Assembly (NCBI GenBank): GCA_944390355.1
Contig: CALXPT010000006.1
Coordinates: forward strand, 5,826 to 69,825
Source of the DNA: an uncultured Alphaproteobacteria bacterium
GTDB lineage: Bacteria > Pseudomonadota > Alphaproteobacteria > RF32 > CAG-239
Reading direction: 5' to 3'
Length of the DNA stretch: 64,000 bases
Translations under genes and position numbers: made by a program
The notes under the pieces: generated by a model
What the model was told of the DNA's origin: nothing
Seen by the model: only the letters and a program-made list of their open reading frames with translations
The model's database searches: none
Shown here: positions 29,193 through 38,909 of the stretch, in pieces
Layout: each line of letters opens with the position of its first letter
Numbering within the stretch: the stretch's first letter is position 1

Positions 29193-30098
29193 CTAAAGTT
29201 TTCGGCATTGAGCATGCTCGACCATACCGCTGCAAAGTTCCTCATAGCTGATACCGACAAACAAAGCCTGCTCAGGCACCAAAGACAAAGGGGTCATCCC
29301 AGGGTTGGTATTAACCTCTAAGAGTACCACCCCGTCAATATCATTATAGCGAAAATCGGAACGAGAGAGCATATTGCACCCCAAAGCCTTGTGCAATTTT
29401 TCGGCATATTTCTTAACCGTATTTTCAACCTCGGGAGCCAAATTTGCGGGCAGTTCGTGCTGCGTCATACCGTTTGTATATTTAGCCTGATAGTTATAAA
29501 AAGCGGCATGCGGACACAATTCCGTAACCGCTAAAGCCTTACCGTTATAAACCGCGCAGGTCAGTTCTCGTCCGGCAATATATTTTTCAACCAAAATTTC
29601 TCTGTTTTCATCATCATAATTCACTTGAGCCAAATCACTTTCGGTTTGCACGATAAACACCCCGACGCTGGAACCGTCGGCTACGGGTTTCACCACATAC
29701 GGCAACGGAATTTTCGTTCCGTTTTGTAGCAAAGAAGCAAAAGTCAACTTTTCGGATTCAGCAATCTTAATACCGACGCCGGCCGCCACCATTTTGGTTA
29801 ATTCTTTATCCATCCCGAGCAAAGAGGCCTTCATCCCCGAATGGGTATAAGGAATTTGCATCAAATCGAGCAACGCTTGAATTTCACCGTCTTCGCCCCA
29901 GTTTCCATGAAGAGCATTAAAGACGACATCGGGACGATTCCCCTTTATTTCGGCAAGAAAATCATCAATATTTTTCAAATCATGGGCATAGGCAGCATAT
30001 CCGGCACGTATTAAAGCCTCAAGCACGCCCTTTCCGCTCACCAAACTAACCTCTCTTTCGGCAGAAAAACCGCCCATCAGTACCATAACTTTTTTCAT
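29193..30098 (-). CDS. ddl: D-alanine--D-alanine ligase
   Basis: 301 aa, ATP-grasp. 'VLMGGFSAEREVSLVSG', 'HGNWGEDGEIQALLD', 'LLEVNTNPGMT'. Confidence 0.9.
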   Translation of the reverse strand: MKKVMVLMGGFSAEREVSLVSGKGVLEALIRAGYAAYAHDLKNIDDFLAEIKGNRPDVVFNALHGNWGEDGEIQALLDLMQIPYTHSGMKASLLGMDKELTKMVAAGVGIKIAESEKLTFASLLQNGTKIPLPYVVKPVADGSSVGVFIVQTESDLAQVNYDDENREILVEKYIAGRELTCAVYNGKALAVTELCPHAAFYNYQAKYTNGMTQHELPANLAPEVENTVKKYAEKLHKALGCNMLSRSDFRYNDIDGVVLLEVNTNPGMTPLSLVPEQALFVGISYEELCSGMVEHAQCRKL

Positions 30099-30173
30099 AT
30101 GATTAAATCCTTTAAAATAAAAAAATATATGATAGTATGCGTTGAAACACTTAAGGAAAGGCTAACAATAGGG

Positions 30174-30953
30174 ATGAAAAGAGCAATTTTTGCACTAATG
30201 GCAATAATCTGGAGCACACAAGCCGGTGCCGAAGGGATAAGACACAAATTTATTGTCCAAGTCGGCCCGTTTGACGCGGCACGCACGGAATTAGAGTTCA
30301 ATCTAAACGCGCAAGACTTTTCGGTAATCTCAAAAGTCAAAACCAACGGTTTATTTGACCTTGTTTACCCGTTTTCGGCCCAATACTCAAGCCTTGGCAA
30401 AATCTTAGCCGATGAAACGCTTTTGACTCAAAAATATGCCTCGGATTCGCAATCAAGCCGTACCCATCGCACCAAAGAACTGTTTTACAACAACCAAGGC
30501 CTGCCGATATACCGTCTAAGTGCCAAAAACAACAAGAAAAAACGCGTTGACATTCCGCAGGAACCCCAAAACCTCGGCACCACGGACTTACAAACCGCCA
30601 TAGCACAAATAGCTTTTCAGTACCGTAATGTTGGTTTTTGTCAGGCACGGCTTGAGATTTTTGACGGCAAACGCCGCTTTGCTGCCGTATTCCAAGATAA
30701 CGGCAACGAACACCTCACGGCCAATGAATATTCTTCGCTCACCGGCCAAGCCCATAAATGCCTGTTTTATATAGATAAGCTAGACAATGACGATGATGAT
30801 TTGATTTGGCAAATATCACAAGAAAACCCGATAAATTTATGGATAATGCAAGATAAACAAACCAAACTCCCCTACATAGCCCGTATCCACATGAACAACA
30901 CGCCGCTGGGCGAGTTAAATGCCTATACCACGCACATCAGCCTCACAGATTAA
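30174..30953 (+). CDS. Secreted hypothetical protein (tentatively DUF3108-like)
   Basis: Signal peptide 'MKRAIFALMAIIWSTQAGA'. The family call is weak. Confidence 0.5.
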   Translation: MKRAIFALMAIIWSTQAGAEGIRHKFIVQVGPFDAARTELEFNLNAQDFSVISKVKTNGLFDLVYPFSAQYSSLGKILADETLLTQKYASDSQSSRTHRTKELFYNNQGLPIYRLSAKNNKKKRVDIPQEPQNLGTTDLQTAIAQIAFQYRNVGFCQARLEIFDGKRRFAAVFQDNGNEHLTANEYSSLTGQAHKCLFYIDKLDNDDDDLIWQISQENPINLWIMQDKQTKLPYIARIHMNNTPLGELNAYTTHISLTD

Positions 30954-30971
30954 AACAAAGGACGAACAAAG

Positions 30972-32369
30972 ATGTTGAACAAAGCAGAATTATTACTTCC
31001 CGCCGGTTCATTGGTAAAGTTAAAGACCGCGATTTTATATGGAGCCGACGCAGTATATGCCGGCACACCGGACATGTGCTTAAGGGCACAGTCCAAAATG
31101 ACAATGGAAGATTTGCAAGAAGGTATCGCCTATGCACACGAGCGTGGAAAAAAGATATATTTGACGCTCAATTTGTTCATGCATAACCGCGATGTTGAAA
31201 AGCTCCCGACTTTTGTAAACACCCTGCGCCAGTTGAAACCCGACGGTGTTTTAATTGCCGACCCCGGAGTGTTCATGTATGTAAAGGAACATGCACCGGA
31301 ATTAAACTTGTTTGTATCGACCCAAGCCAATATATGCTCTTCCTTAGCGGTAAAGTTTTGGCAGCAGCAGGGGGCAAAACTCTGTGTTTTGGGTAGAGAA
31401 GTTACTTTTGAGGAGATGAAACAAATCCGCACAGACTGCCCCGATATTTTGCTTGAATGTTTTATGCACGGTGCGATGTGTATGTCTTACTCGGGACGTT
31501 GCCTGATTTCCAACTATCTGGCAGACCGCAGTGCCAATCAGGGCAAATGTGCGCATTGCTGCCGCTGGCACTACAAACTTCACTTAAGACTAAAAGACGG
31601 TACGATTAAAGAGCTCACAATAGATGAAAACAACAAAGACAGCTTTGAATTTTTGCTGGAAGAGGAATTCCGCCCCGGAGAATATTATGAAGTTATGGAA
31701 GACGAGCACGGCGGATATATTTTGAACTCTAAAGATATGTGCCTAATGCCGCGCTTGCCGGATTTGCTGGAAATAGGTATGGATTCCCTCAAAGTTGAAG
31801 GCAGAAATAAAACCGAATATTACGCCGGCACGGTTGCGAGAGTTTATCGCCAAGCCCTAGACGACTGGTATAAAAATTCCAAAGAATGGGATTATAAAAA
31901 ATATATGCCTGAGTTAGAAACCTTGCAAAACCGCGGCTATTGCTTAGGCTTTCATGATGGCAAATTAACCAACATCAGCCAAAATTATGAATATACCAGA
32001 ACATTGGGTGATTGGCTTTTTGCCGGCTCGATTGTTGAGTGGCAAGGAGATGACGCAATATTTGAGCTTCGCAATTACATCAACGGCGAGGAAGAAATCG
32101 AATTTTTAGCCCCGAACAGCTTAGAAAACATCAAACTAAGCTTAAGCGAGTTTGAAGACGCGGATAACGGCGAGATAACCCCGCGAGTTTCTGCCGGACA
32201 AGGCAAAAAAATCCGCATCCGCCCCACCGCATGGAATCAAGATATTGCCGAAATCAAGCAACACTTGCCGCAATACACGATTGCCCGCAAATTCGCTCCG
32301 CTTGAAGGCGAAAACGGCCAAATGCTGGCACATAAAAAAGCCGAATACGAAAAATTAATAAAAAAATAA
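30972..32369 (+). CDS. Peptidase U32 family protein (collagenase-like; YegQ/RlhA-type)
   Basis: 'LLLPAGSLVKLKTAILYGADAVY', 'GVLIADPG', and Cys-rich 'CMSYSGRCLISNY...CAHCCRW' typical of U32. Confidence 0.85.
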   Translation: MLNKAELLLPAGSLVKLKTAILYGADAVYAGTPDMCLRAQSKMTMEDLQEGIAYAHERGKKIYLTLNLFMHNRDVEKLPTFVNTLRQLKPDGVLIADPGVFMYVKEHAPELNLFVSTQANICSSLAVKFWQQQGAKLCVLGREVTFEEMKQIRTDCPDILLECFMHGAMCMSYSGRCLISNYLADRSANQGKCAHCCRWHYKLHLRLKDGTIKELTIDENNKDSFEFLLEEEFRPGEYYEVMEDEHGGYILNSKDMCLMPRLPDLLEIGMDSLKVEGRNKTEYYAGTVARVYRQALDDWYKNSKEWDYKKYMPELETLQNRGYCLGFHDGKLTNISQNYEYTRTLGDWLFAGSIVEWQGDDAIFELRNYINGEEEIEFLAPNSLENIKLSLSEFEDADNGEITPRVSAGQGKKIRIRPTAWNQDIAEIKQHLPQYTIARKFAPLEGENGQMLAHKKAEYEKLIKK

Positions 32370-32464
32370 AAAAAATTAAAATTTTGCGCCGATTCTTCTT
32401 GACAATTTTTGTCCATTAAGGTATAAAGCGACTCTGGAAGTATATAATTTTAAAAATTATTGTT

Positions 32465-33061
32465 ATGGAAGATATAAGAAATGTCATCTGTGATATCATC
32501 TCCGTTATGGTTCCGGATGAGGAAGAAATCAAAAAATTTCAGCAGCGTAGCGATGATGTGAAACTGGCTGACGCGTTATTAGATTTAGTCGTATCAAACC
32601 TTATTTTTAAGGTTCTTGTATTAAAAAATTCTCTTTGCAAAGAGGGATGTGATAACAAGTGCGGTGTTATAATTGAAAGGATTAAAACCATTTGTGAAGA
32701 CAGCAATCTTCAAAAAGAATGGAAAATTCTTTCTCAACTGCACATTGAGCATAATCTTGAAAAAGAAGAATTAAACGCCTCTGTTGCCAAATATGTTAAA
32801 TTTGAATTTGAGCATTTTGGCAAAACCTTAACAGAGGAGGAAACATGGGAACAAGGCGACAACGAAGAGTTGATGTACTCTTACCTTGACACCGTATGCG
32901 CATCACAAAGTACTCTTGAGAGAGAGGAAAATTCTCTGCGCTTTTTATTTGAAGCGATACTCATTCTAAATACACATATTTTAGAAGAGGAACGTTTCAA
33001 ACAATTAATTAGCGACTATGAAAAAATCTTAAAAGGGCAGTTATCACTGCAAAACTTCTAA
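32465..33061 (+). CDS. Hypothetical acidic protein
   Basis: 198-aa ORF, Glu-rich, no recognisable domain. Confidence 0.45.
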   Translation: MEDIRNVICDIISVMVPDEEEIKKFQQRSDDVKLADALLDLVVSNLIFKVLVLKNSLCKEGCDNKCGVIIERIKTICEDSNLQKEWKILSQLHIEHNLEKEELNASVAKYVKFEFEHFGKTLTEEETWEQGDNEELMYSYLDTVCASQSTLEREENSLRFLFEAILILNTHILEEERFKQLISDYEKILKGQLSLQNF

Positions 33062-33113
33062 AACTGAATAAAAAAAACCGAAGATAATAAAATCTCTCGG
33101 TTTTTTTTATTTT

Positions 33114-33410
33114 TCAAACCCGTTTGAAAACCCCTTGTTCGATTGGCGGCAAAAACCCGCTCCAACGTCCCACCACAAATTTGACCGAGTCAACCCGAGA
33201 AAGCGGCGGCCCTTTATGGCAGGCAACAAGCATTTTATCAATGTTGTCTTCTTCGCCCGACATCATAATTTCCACCGTGCCATCTTCCACATTACGCACC
33301 CAACCGGAAATACCGCCGATTTCCTCGGCATTTTTCACCGCCCACCAACGAAAGCCAATTCCTTGCACACGGCCATAAATTTTAATATAAACCTCACGCT
33401 CCATAACCAT
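33114..33410 (-). CDS. acyP: Acylphosphatase
   Basis: 'IYGRVQGIGFRWWAVKNAEEIGGISGWVRNVEDGTVEIMMSGEE' is the acylphosphatase signature. Confidence 0.8.
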   Translation of the reverse strand: MVMEREVYIKIYGRVQGIGFRWWAVKNAEEIGGISGWVRNVEDGTVEIMMSGEEDNIDKMLVACHKGPPLSRVDSVKFVVGRWSGFLPPIEQGVFKRV

Positions 33411-33418
33411 CCAAACGC

Positions 33419-33925
33419 TTAAACCGGCGTCTCCCGCAAATAAGCCTCCAAATCAGCCAATTCTTGATAAATTGAACTACGCCGCTCCTCCGCCAAAGCA
33501 TCTTTCCCCCAGCTTTCGGCTTGCCAAATTTCTTCAATCAAAGCCGCTTGATAAGCTTTCTCAGCATCAATTTTACCCTTAACGAACGCCGCCGCCAAAA
33601 GCACCGAACGCATATCAATTGCCGCCAAATAGAACACGACCAATTCACGATTATTCAAAGAATCAATAAAACTCCTGAGCTTTTCGCCCAAAGTCATATT
33701 CTCCGGCATAACGCTGAGACCGGCCGTCGTAACCAACGGTTCATCAAAAATCTTCCGAGCCCAAATCAAAATCGGCAGCCAAAGCTCTTCTTGCCGCTTA
33801 GCCAAATCAGGATTCGGCGACCAAAACAAGATACAATCGGTAACAGCAAATTTCATCAATTTATCAATAACTTCCTTGCGATTTTCCGCAAGAGTCCTCT
33901 CGGCATTTTGCAAAAAATTATTCAT
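33419..33925 (-). CDS. ATP12-family F1-ATPase assembly chaperone (appears N-terminally short at 168 aa)
   Basis: 'TDCILFWSPNPDL...QEELWLPILIWA' and 'EEIWQAESWG' match the ATP12 C-terminal core. Only 43 nt separate it from the upstream gene, so the short length seems genuine. Confidence 0.6.
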   Translation of the reverse strand: MNNFLQNAERTLAENRKEVIDKLMKFAVTDCILFWSPNPDLAKRQEELWLPILIWARKIFDEPLVTTAGLSVMPENMTLGEKLRSFIDSLNNRELVVFYLAAIDMRSVLLAAAFVKGKIDAEKAYQAALIEEIWQAESWGKDALAEERRSSIYQELADLEAYLRETPV

Positions 33926-33968
33926 AACGCCTCTTCAACAATAACAACCGTTTTACCACAAAAGACTT

Positions 33969-36185
33969 CTATTTTTTCTTGACGCCGAAAGCCCCAAGCA
34001 AATTTTTAGCCGCATCTTTTACCTCATTGACCGTATCTTTCACACCATCGGTTGCAAGCTTAGCGGTATCTTTCACGGCATCCACACCACCTTGCACGAC
34101 ATCGCTGGCACCTTGATAGACCGCCTGTTCGGCTTGATTAACGGCACTCGGTTCAGGAAAACGACCAGCATAAGGTGTACCTTTAAGAGCGGTATAACAA
34201 GGAGAAGAATCATTATCCATCAACAATTGCGACCCCAAATAAGCCGTACCACCGGTAGCCGCCACGCCGACAATAGCCTTAATAGCTTGGGTATCATCCA
34301 AAACAATTTTAGGCGATTGAATCGTTCCCTTCACTTTCAAAAAAGATGCAATGGCCTGAGCCACATTGGCATCAATCACCTCACCGGAATACGGATGAAG
34401 CGTAAAATCAATCTGGTCATTAGCGATATTAAGCGTACCGGAACTGACTATATTAAGCTTTTTGCCGTTAAAGACAATACCTTTGGGAAAATCGAACACC
34501 CCGTTTTTAACATCCGTACGCACCACAGCACAATTCATATTAATGTTTTTATCAACGTTTTTATCCAGTTTCAAAGCTTGCAAAAGCTGAGTAACAAAAT
34601 TTCCGCTTAAAATTTGCAACTTTCCGGTCTGAATGGTTGATTGATTGGCAATCACAATAACCTGCCCGTTTAAAGAATCAACCACATCGCGATAAGTCAA
34701 CCCTTTACCGTTTAAGTTAATATCAACATCAACCACGCCGCCGTCAATAACTCCGAATTTTGTCGTATCGGATACTACCTTGAGTTCCGGCACAACATTT
34801 TGCAAAACCACGCCATCGCCTTTAACCTTAAGCATAATATTTTTGGCTTGGGCATTAACATTAGCCAAAACATCAACCATTCCGCCACCGACATTTGCCT
34901 TCAAGGGATTAACATTTAATACGCCGTTTTTCAATACCGCATTCAAAGACACATTCTGCAAAGTCAACCCCTCATTAATCACCAAAGACTTAACATTAAG
35001 CAGAGCTCTGGCATCAACCATATTCAAAAACTCATAAGGAATTTTATCATTCGGCACCAACTCGGAAGCTTGTGCAGAAGGAATTATCGCAGGCAGCATA
35101 AAGGCTGTCTTGCTCTCAGCCCCCAACGTCCGCACATCAATTTTATCACTATCCAACACGGCATCAACATAAGGCACTTTTCCGGAAATATCGGCAGTAA
35201 CCTTTCCTTGAAGTTGGTTGCCGTTAACCTCAACCACCAAATCCAACAACTCAACCACATTCAAATTTCCGTTAGCATTTGAGCGCAAATCAACCTTAGG
35301 AGCACCGAAATTTCCCTGAGGATTGTGGAGTTGAACGGCCGCCGCAAAAGAAATATCCCCGCTTAAAATACCATTAACGCTGCCATTAAGCTGCACATCC
35401 GCCCCATAAGCCGAAACCTTAGCATCAATCGGATAATTCGGTTCATTATTCAAAAGCTTATTAATAGAGCCGACATCTGCCTCGCCCTTAATTTTTTGGT
35501 CATTAAACAACGCATCAAAAACAAGAGAGATATTAGCATCCATACTCGGAGCCGACATTTCAAAATCATTCAAAACCGCCTGAGTAACTTTTCCGGTTTT
35601 GTTATCAATCAAAGTCAACGCACCGTTTTCAATAGAAATATTCCGCGCGGCAAATCCGGCCAAAGCAATTGCCTGCGGATTCTCTTTCAAAACCTCAGCG
35701 GTTTTGTCAGCATCTTGAGCATTAACCAACCCTGTAGCCACGGCTTGGTCTTTCAACAAATCAATTTGTTGATTGGAAGGAGCGTCGAGCTTAGAAAAAT
35801 CCCAGTTAGTTTTGCCGTCTTTGGCAATTTCCAAATTAATAACCGGAGAAACGATATTAATATTATCAATAACGACTTGCCGCTTGAGCAAAGGCAACAC
35901 GGAAACTTTGATTTCCAATTTTTCCACTTGCACCATATAAGGAGTAGAAGCCCACTCGGCATTTTGCAGTTCAACATCATTAACGACCAACGTCGGCACA
36001 AAAGAGATACCGAGTTCGGCATCGCCATTAATAACGAGCTTGCGCCCCAGCTGCTTTTCGGTTAGTTCGGCAATCATTGGCTTATATTTGTTCAAATCGA
36101 AATTACGAATAAAAAGATATCCGCCGATTGCAACCAAAACCACCAAAATCAAAACAATCTTAAAAACCAGTTTAATCAGTCTCAT
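33969..36185 (-). CDS. AsmA-family outer-membrane biogenesis protein
   Basis: N-terminal TM anchor 'MRLIKLVFKIVLILVVLVAIGGYL', then about 700 aa of beta-rich repetitive sequence typical of AsmA/TamB-like proteins. Confidence 0.7.
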   Translation of the reverse strand: MRLIKLVFKIVLILVVLVAIGGYLFIRNFDLNKYKPMIAELTEKQLGRKLVINGDAELGISFVPTLVVNDVELQNAEWASTPYMVQVEKLEIKVSVLPLLKRQVVIDNINIVSPVINLEIAKDGKTNWDFSKLDAPSNQQIDLLKDQAVATGLVNAQDADKTAEVLKENPQAIALAGFAARNISIENGALTLIDNKTGKVTQAVLNDFEMSAPSMDANISLVFDALFNDQKIKGEADVGSINKLLNNEPNYPIDAKVSAYGADVQLNGSVNGILSGDISFAAAVQLHNPQGNFGAPKVDLRSNANGNLNVVELLDLVVEVNGNQLQGKVTADISGKVPYVDAVLDSDKIDVRTLGAESKTAFMLPAIIPSAQASELVPNDKIPYEFLNMVDARALLNVKSLVINEGLTLQNVSLNAVLKNGVLNVNPLKANVGGGMVDVLANVNAQAKNIMLKVKGDGVVLQNVVPELKVVSDTTKFGVIDGGVVDVDINLNGKGLTYRDVVDSLNGQVIVIANQSTIQTGKLQILSGNFVTQLLQALKLDKNVDKNINMNCAVVRTDVKNGVFDFPKGIVFNGKKLNIVSSGTLNIANDQIDFTLHPYSGEVIDANVAQAIASFLKVKGTIQSPKIVLDDTQAIKAIVGVAATGGTAYLGSQLLMDNDSSPCYTALKGTPYAGRFPEPSAVNQAEQAVYQGASDVVQGGVDAVKDTAKLATDGVKDTVNEVKDAAKNLLGAFGVKKK

Positions 36186-36189
36186 GATG

Positions 36190-37125
36190 TTACTCCTTAA
36201 AGTTAATACCGGCCGCCTCAAGCGATTCTTTATAATAGTCTGGCAACCCTGCTTTCAATTCAAGTTTTTTATTATATAATGGCGAAAGATTAATTTTATA
36301 TGCATGAAGATACAATTTATCAGCCAAAAAAGCAAATTTTTGACGTACGGTTCCAAAATACTTATCATCACCGGCAATCGGACAATGAATGGATTCGAGA
36401 TGCACGCGAATTTGGTGTGTCCGACCGGTCAAAGGCGACGCCTCAATGAGTGAAAACTTATCACCGACGGCATCCAAAACATCATACTCGGTAACGGCAT
36501 CTTTTCCCTCGGGAGACAAGACCGACTTTTCCCCGACTTTCAAAAGTTTGGAACGAATGACACCGAAATTTTGCTTAGGCACGCCCAAACAAAACGCCAA
36601 ATAAGTTTTTTTAAGCTGATGTTCACGAAAAGCCCTGGTCAAAAGCTCGGCATATTTGCGATTTCTGGCCAACACAAGAAGTCCGCTGGTATCTTTATCG
36701 ATTCGATGCACCAGTTTAGGTTTTTCGGGAGCATCAAATTTAAGAGCCTCAAGCATACCGTCAATATGTCGCGTTGTATTTGTACCGCCTTGCACGGCCA
36801 AGCCGGAAGGTTTATTGAGAACCAAAATATTTTTATCTTTATAAATCACCAAAGATTGAATAAAAGCGGCATCTTTAGCGGAAACAAAATCTTTTTTAGG
36901 TTCCAAGACTTGTTTTTCCTCATCAAGAGGCGGCACGCGAATTTCTTGTCCGACCGACAATTTAAGAGACGATTCGGCTTTTTTCCCGTCGACTTTAATT
37001 TGTTTTGTGCGCAAAAGTTTTTGAAAACGCCCCAGCGGCAACCCCGGATAATACTTTAAAAACCAGCGATTGAGACGCATTCCGTCATCTGAATCTTTAA
37101 CTTTAACAATTTCAACACCGGCCAT
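36190..37125 (-). CDS. rluC: 23S rRNA pseudouridine synthase (RluC/RluD family)
   Basis: S4 domain 'LNRWFLKYYPGLPLGRFQKLLRTKQIKVDG' and catalytic 'VHRIDKDTSGLLVLARN'. Start 'MAGVEIV' at 37125 with SD aaggga. Confidence 0.85.
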   Translation of the reverse strand: MAGVEIVKVKDSDDGMRLNRWFLKYYPGLPLGRFQKLLRTKQIKVDGKKAESSLKLSVGQEIRVPPLDEEKQVLEPKKDFVSAKDAAFIQSLVIYKDKNILVLNKPSGLAVQGGTNTTRHIDGMLEALKFDAPEKPKLVHRIDKDTSGLLVLARNRKYAELLTRAFREHQLKKTYLAFCLGVPKQNFGVIRSKLLKVGEKSVLSPEGKDAVTEYDVLDAVGDKFSLIEASPLTGRTHQIRVHLESIHCPIAGDDKYFGTVRQKFAFLADKLYLHAYKINLSPLYNKKLELKAGLPDYYKESLEAAGINFKE

Positions 37126-37194
37126 CAGATATTCCCTTTCTCTAAAACAAAGAAAGTTTAGCGGAAAGTCCGCCAAAACACAAGCAAATTTAAC

Positions 37195-37228
37195 CACAAA
37201 AAAATCGCAGTTTTCACCTGCGATTTTT
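37195..37228 (-). terminator. Rho-independent terminator of the small gene 37214..37492
   Basis: Hairpin aaatcgcag-ttttcac-ctgcgattt followed (on the minus strand) by a T-run. It spans the stop codon. Confidence 0.7.
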
Positions 37229-37492
37229 TCTAACATTGTAACGATTAACATGCCCTTTGCCATAAGTACCTTTTTGCTGCTTATAACGCATATCCAAAGC
37301 TTTACGAACATCGCGTTTATTTTTGCGAGGCATTTGCTCCGAAACCAAAATCACATCTTTGGAAGCATCAATCAGTTCGACTTTACTAATCACAAGCCCA
37401 TACTCATCTTTCAAAACCTCAGCTAATTCCTGCACTTCTTTTGATGATAATCGAACAAGCTCTTCTGCCGCTTTTTTCAAATCCATATACAC
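37214..37492 (-). CDS. Small basic hypothetical protein
   Basis: Its own terminator is present. The N-terminus 'MDLKKAAEELVRLSSKEVQELAEVLKDEYG' resembles the bL12 N-terminal helix, but the rest does not. Confidence 0.45.
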   Translation of the reverse strand: MYMDLKKAAEELVRLSSKEVQELAEVLKDEYGLVISKVELIDASKDVILVSEQMPRKNKRDVRKALDMRYKQQKGTYGKGHVNRYNVRKNRR

Positions 37493-37563
37493 AATAATTT
37501 TAAGTTTAATAATTTTTTTTCAAACTCAAACTATCACACATATCTCAAAAGTCAAACAAAACA

Positions 37564-38901
37564 TCAATTTTCGTTATGCTCTTTTTGAGCTTTAGCACGT
37601 TGTTTTTCAGCCCTAAGCTTTTCAAAATATTCCACTCTTTTCTTAACTTCCCGCTCAAACCCGCGGTCAACGGGAAAATAGAGTTTGGTATGTCGCACCC
37701 CGTCAGGAAAATAATTTGCGCCGGAAAAACCGTCTTCACAATCGGGATCATATTCATAACCTTCATGATAACCGAGTTGTTTCATAAGTTTGGTCGGCGC
37801 ATTCAAAATATTTTTTGGCGGCATGAGAGAGCCTGTTTTTCTGGCCAAATCTCTAGCAGCATAAGAAGCTTTATACACGCCGACGGATTTGGGAGCGGTT
37901 GCCAAATAAGCCGTTAATTGAAAAAGAGCCAAATCTCCCTCGGGCGACCCCAAACGCTCATAAGTCTGCCAACAAGAAATCGCTTGAGTAACGGCATTCG
38001 GGTCAGCCAAAGACACATCTTCAACGGCAAAACGAGTCAGCCGTCGAAAAAGATATTTAGGGTCTTCGCCGGCCTCAAGCATGCGAGCGACCCAATACAA
38101 ACCGGCATCAACATCCGAACCGCGTAAAGACTTATGCACGGCCGAAATCAAATTATAATGTCCGTCACGCCCTTTATCATAAATCGGTGCACGCGAACGA
38201 ATAATCCGCACAATAGATTCCTTATCAAAAATCTCATCAGGCTGAGCATACGACCACACGGATTCGGCCAAGTTTAAGATATACCGCCCATCTCCATCGG
38301 CCGTATCTTTCATAAACTCTCGTGCTTCGTCATCTACCGGCAACTTTTTACCCACCTCATTTTCCGCACGTTGAAGCAAAACTTCAAAATCATCGGCGTT
38401 CAAACGATTAAGTACAAACACCTGACATCTGGAAAGCAAAGCGGCATTGAGTTCAAAAGAAGGATTTTCAGTAGTAGCACCGACCAAAATAACTGTTCCG
38501 TCCTCAACATAAGGCAAAAAACCATCTTGCTGAGATTTGTTAAAGCGATGAATTTCATCAACAAACAACAACGTCCCTTTTCCTTGGTTAGCCCGACGTT
38601 CTTGCGCATATTGAAACACGCGCTTCAAATCAGCCACACCGGAAAAAACGGCAGAAATTTGCTCAAAATACAAATTAGTATGTTCGGCAATCAAACGTGC
38701 AATGGTTGTTTTGCCGCACCCCGGAGGCCCCCACAGAATAAAAGAAGTAATTTTACCGGACTTAATCATCCGCCCAAGCGGCGCGTTATCACCGACCACA
38801 TGGTCTTGCCCGACCACTTCGGACAAACTCTGCGGCCGGAGTCTATCTGCCAACGGGCGCTTTATACGACTAGAAAATAAAGTTTCCTCCATCACCACCA
38901 C
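37564..38901 (-). CDS. rarA: Replication-associated recombination protein A (MgsA/RarA AAA+ ATPase)
   Basis: 'LRPQSLSEVVGQDHV', 'LWGPPGCGKTTIA', 'LFVDEIHRFNKSQQD'. 445 aa. Confidence 0.9.
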   Translation of the reverse strand: MVVMEETLFSSRIKRPLADRLRPQSLSEVVGQDHVVGDNAPLGRMIKSGKITSFILWGPPGCGKTTIARLIAEHTNLYFEQISAVFSGVADLKRVFQYAQERRANQGKGTLLFVDEIHRFNKSQQDGFLPYVEDGTVILVGATTENPSFELNAALLSRCQVFVLNRLNADDFEVLLQRAENEVGKKLPVDDEAREFMKDTADGDGRYILNLAESVWSYAQPDEIFDKESIVRIIRSRAPIYDKGRDGHYNLISAVHKSLRGSDVDAGLYWVARMLEAGEDPKYLFRRLTRFAVEDVSLADPNAVTQAISCWQTYERLGSPEGDLALFQLTAYLATAPKSVGVYKASYAARDLARKTGSLMPPKNILNAPTKLMKQLGYHEGYEYDPDCEDGFSGANYFPDGVRHTKLYFPVDRGFEREVKKRVEYFEKLRAEKQRAKAQKEHNEN

Positions 38902-38909
38902 AACCTCTT

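Noticed and set aside
33061-33113. Possible bidirectional terminator (aaccgaagataataaaatctctcggttttttt) between the 32465 gene and acyP
   Set aside because: The stem is imperfect or bulged. It is plausible but weaker than the other terminators, so it is not listed as a feature.
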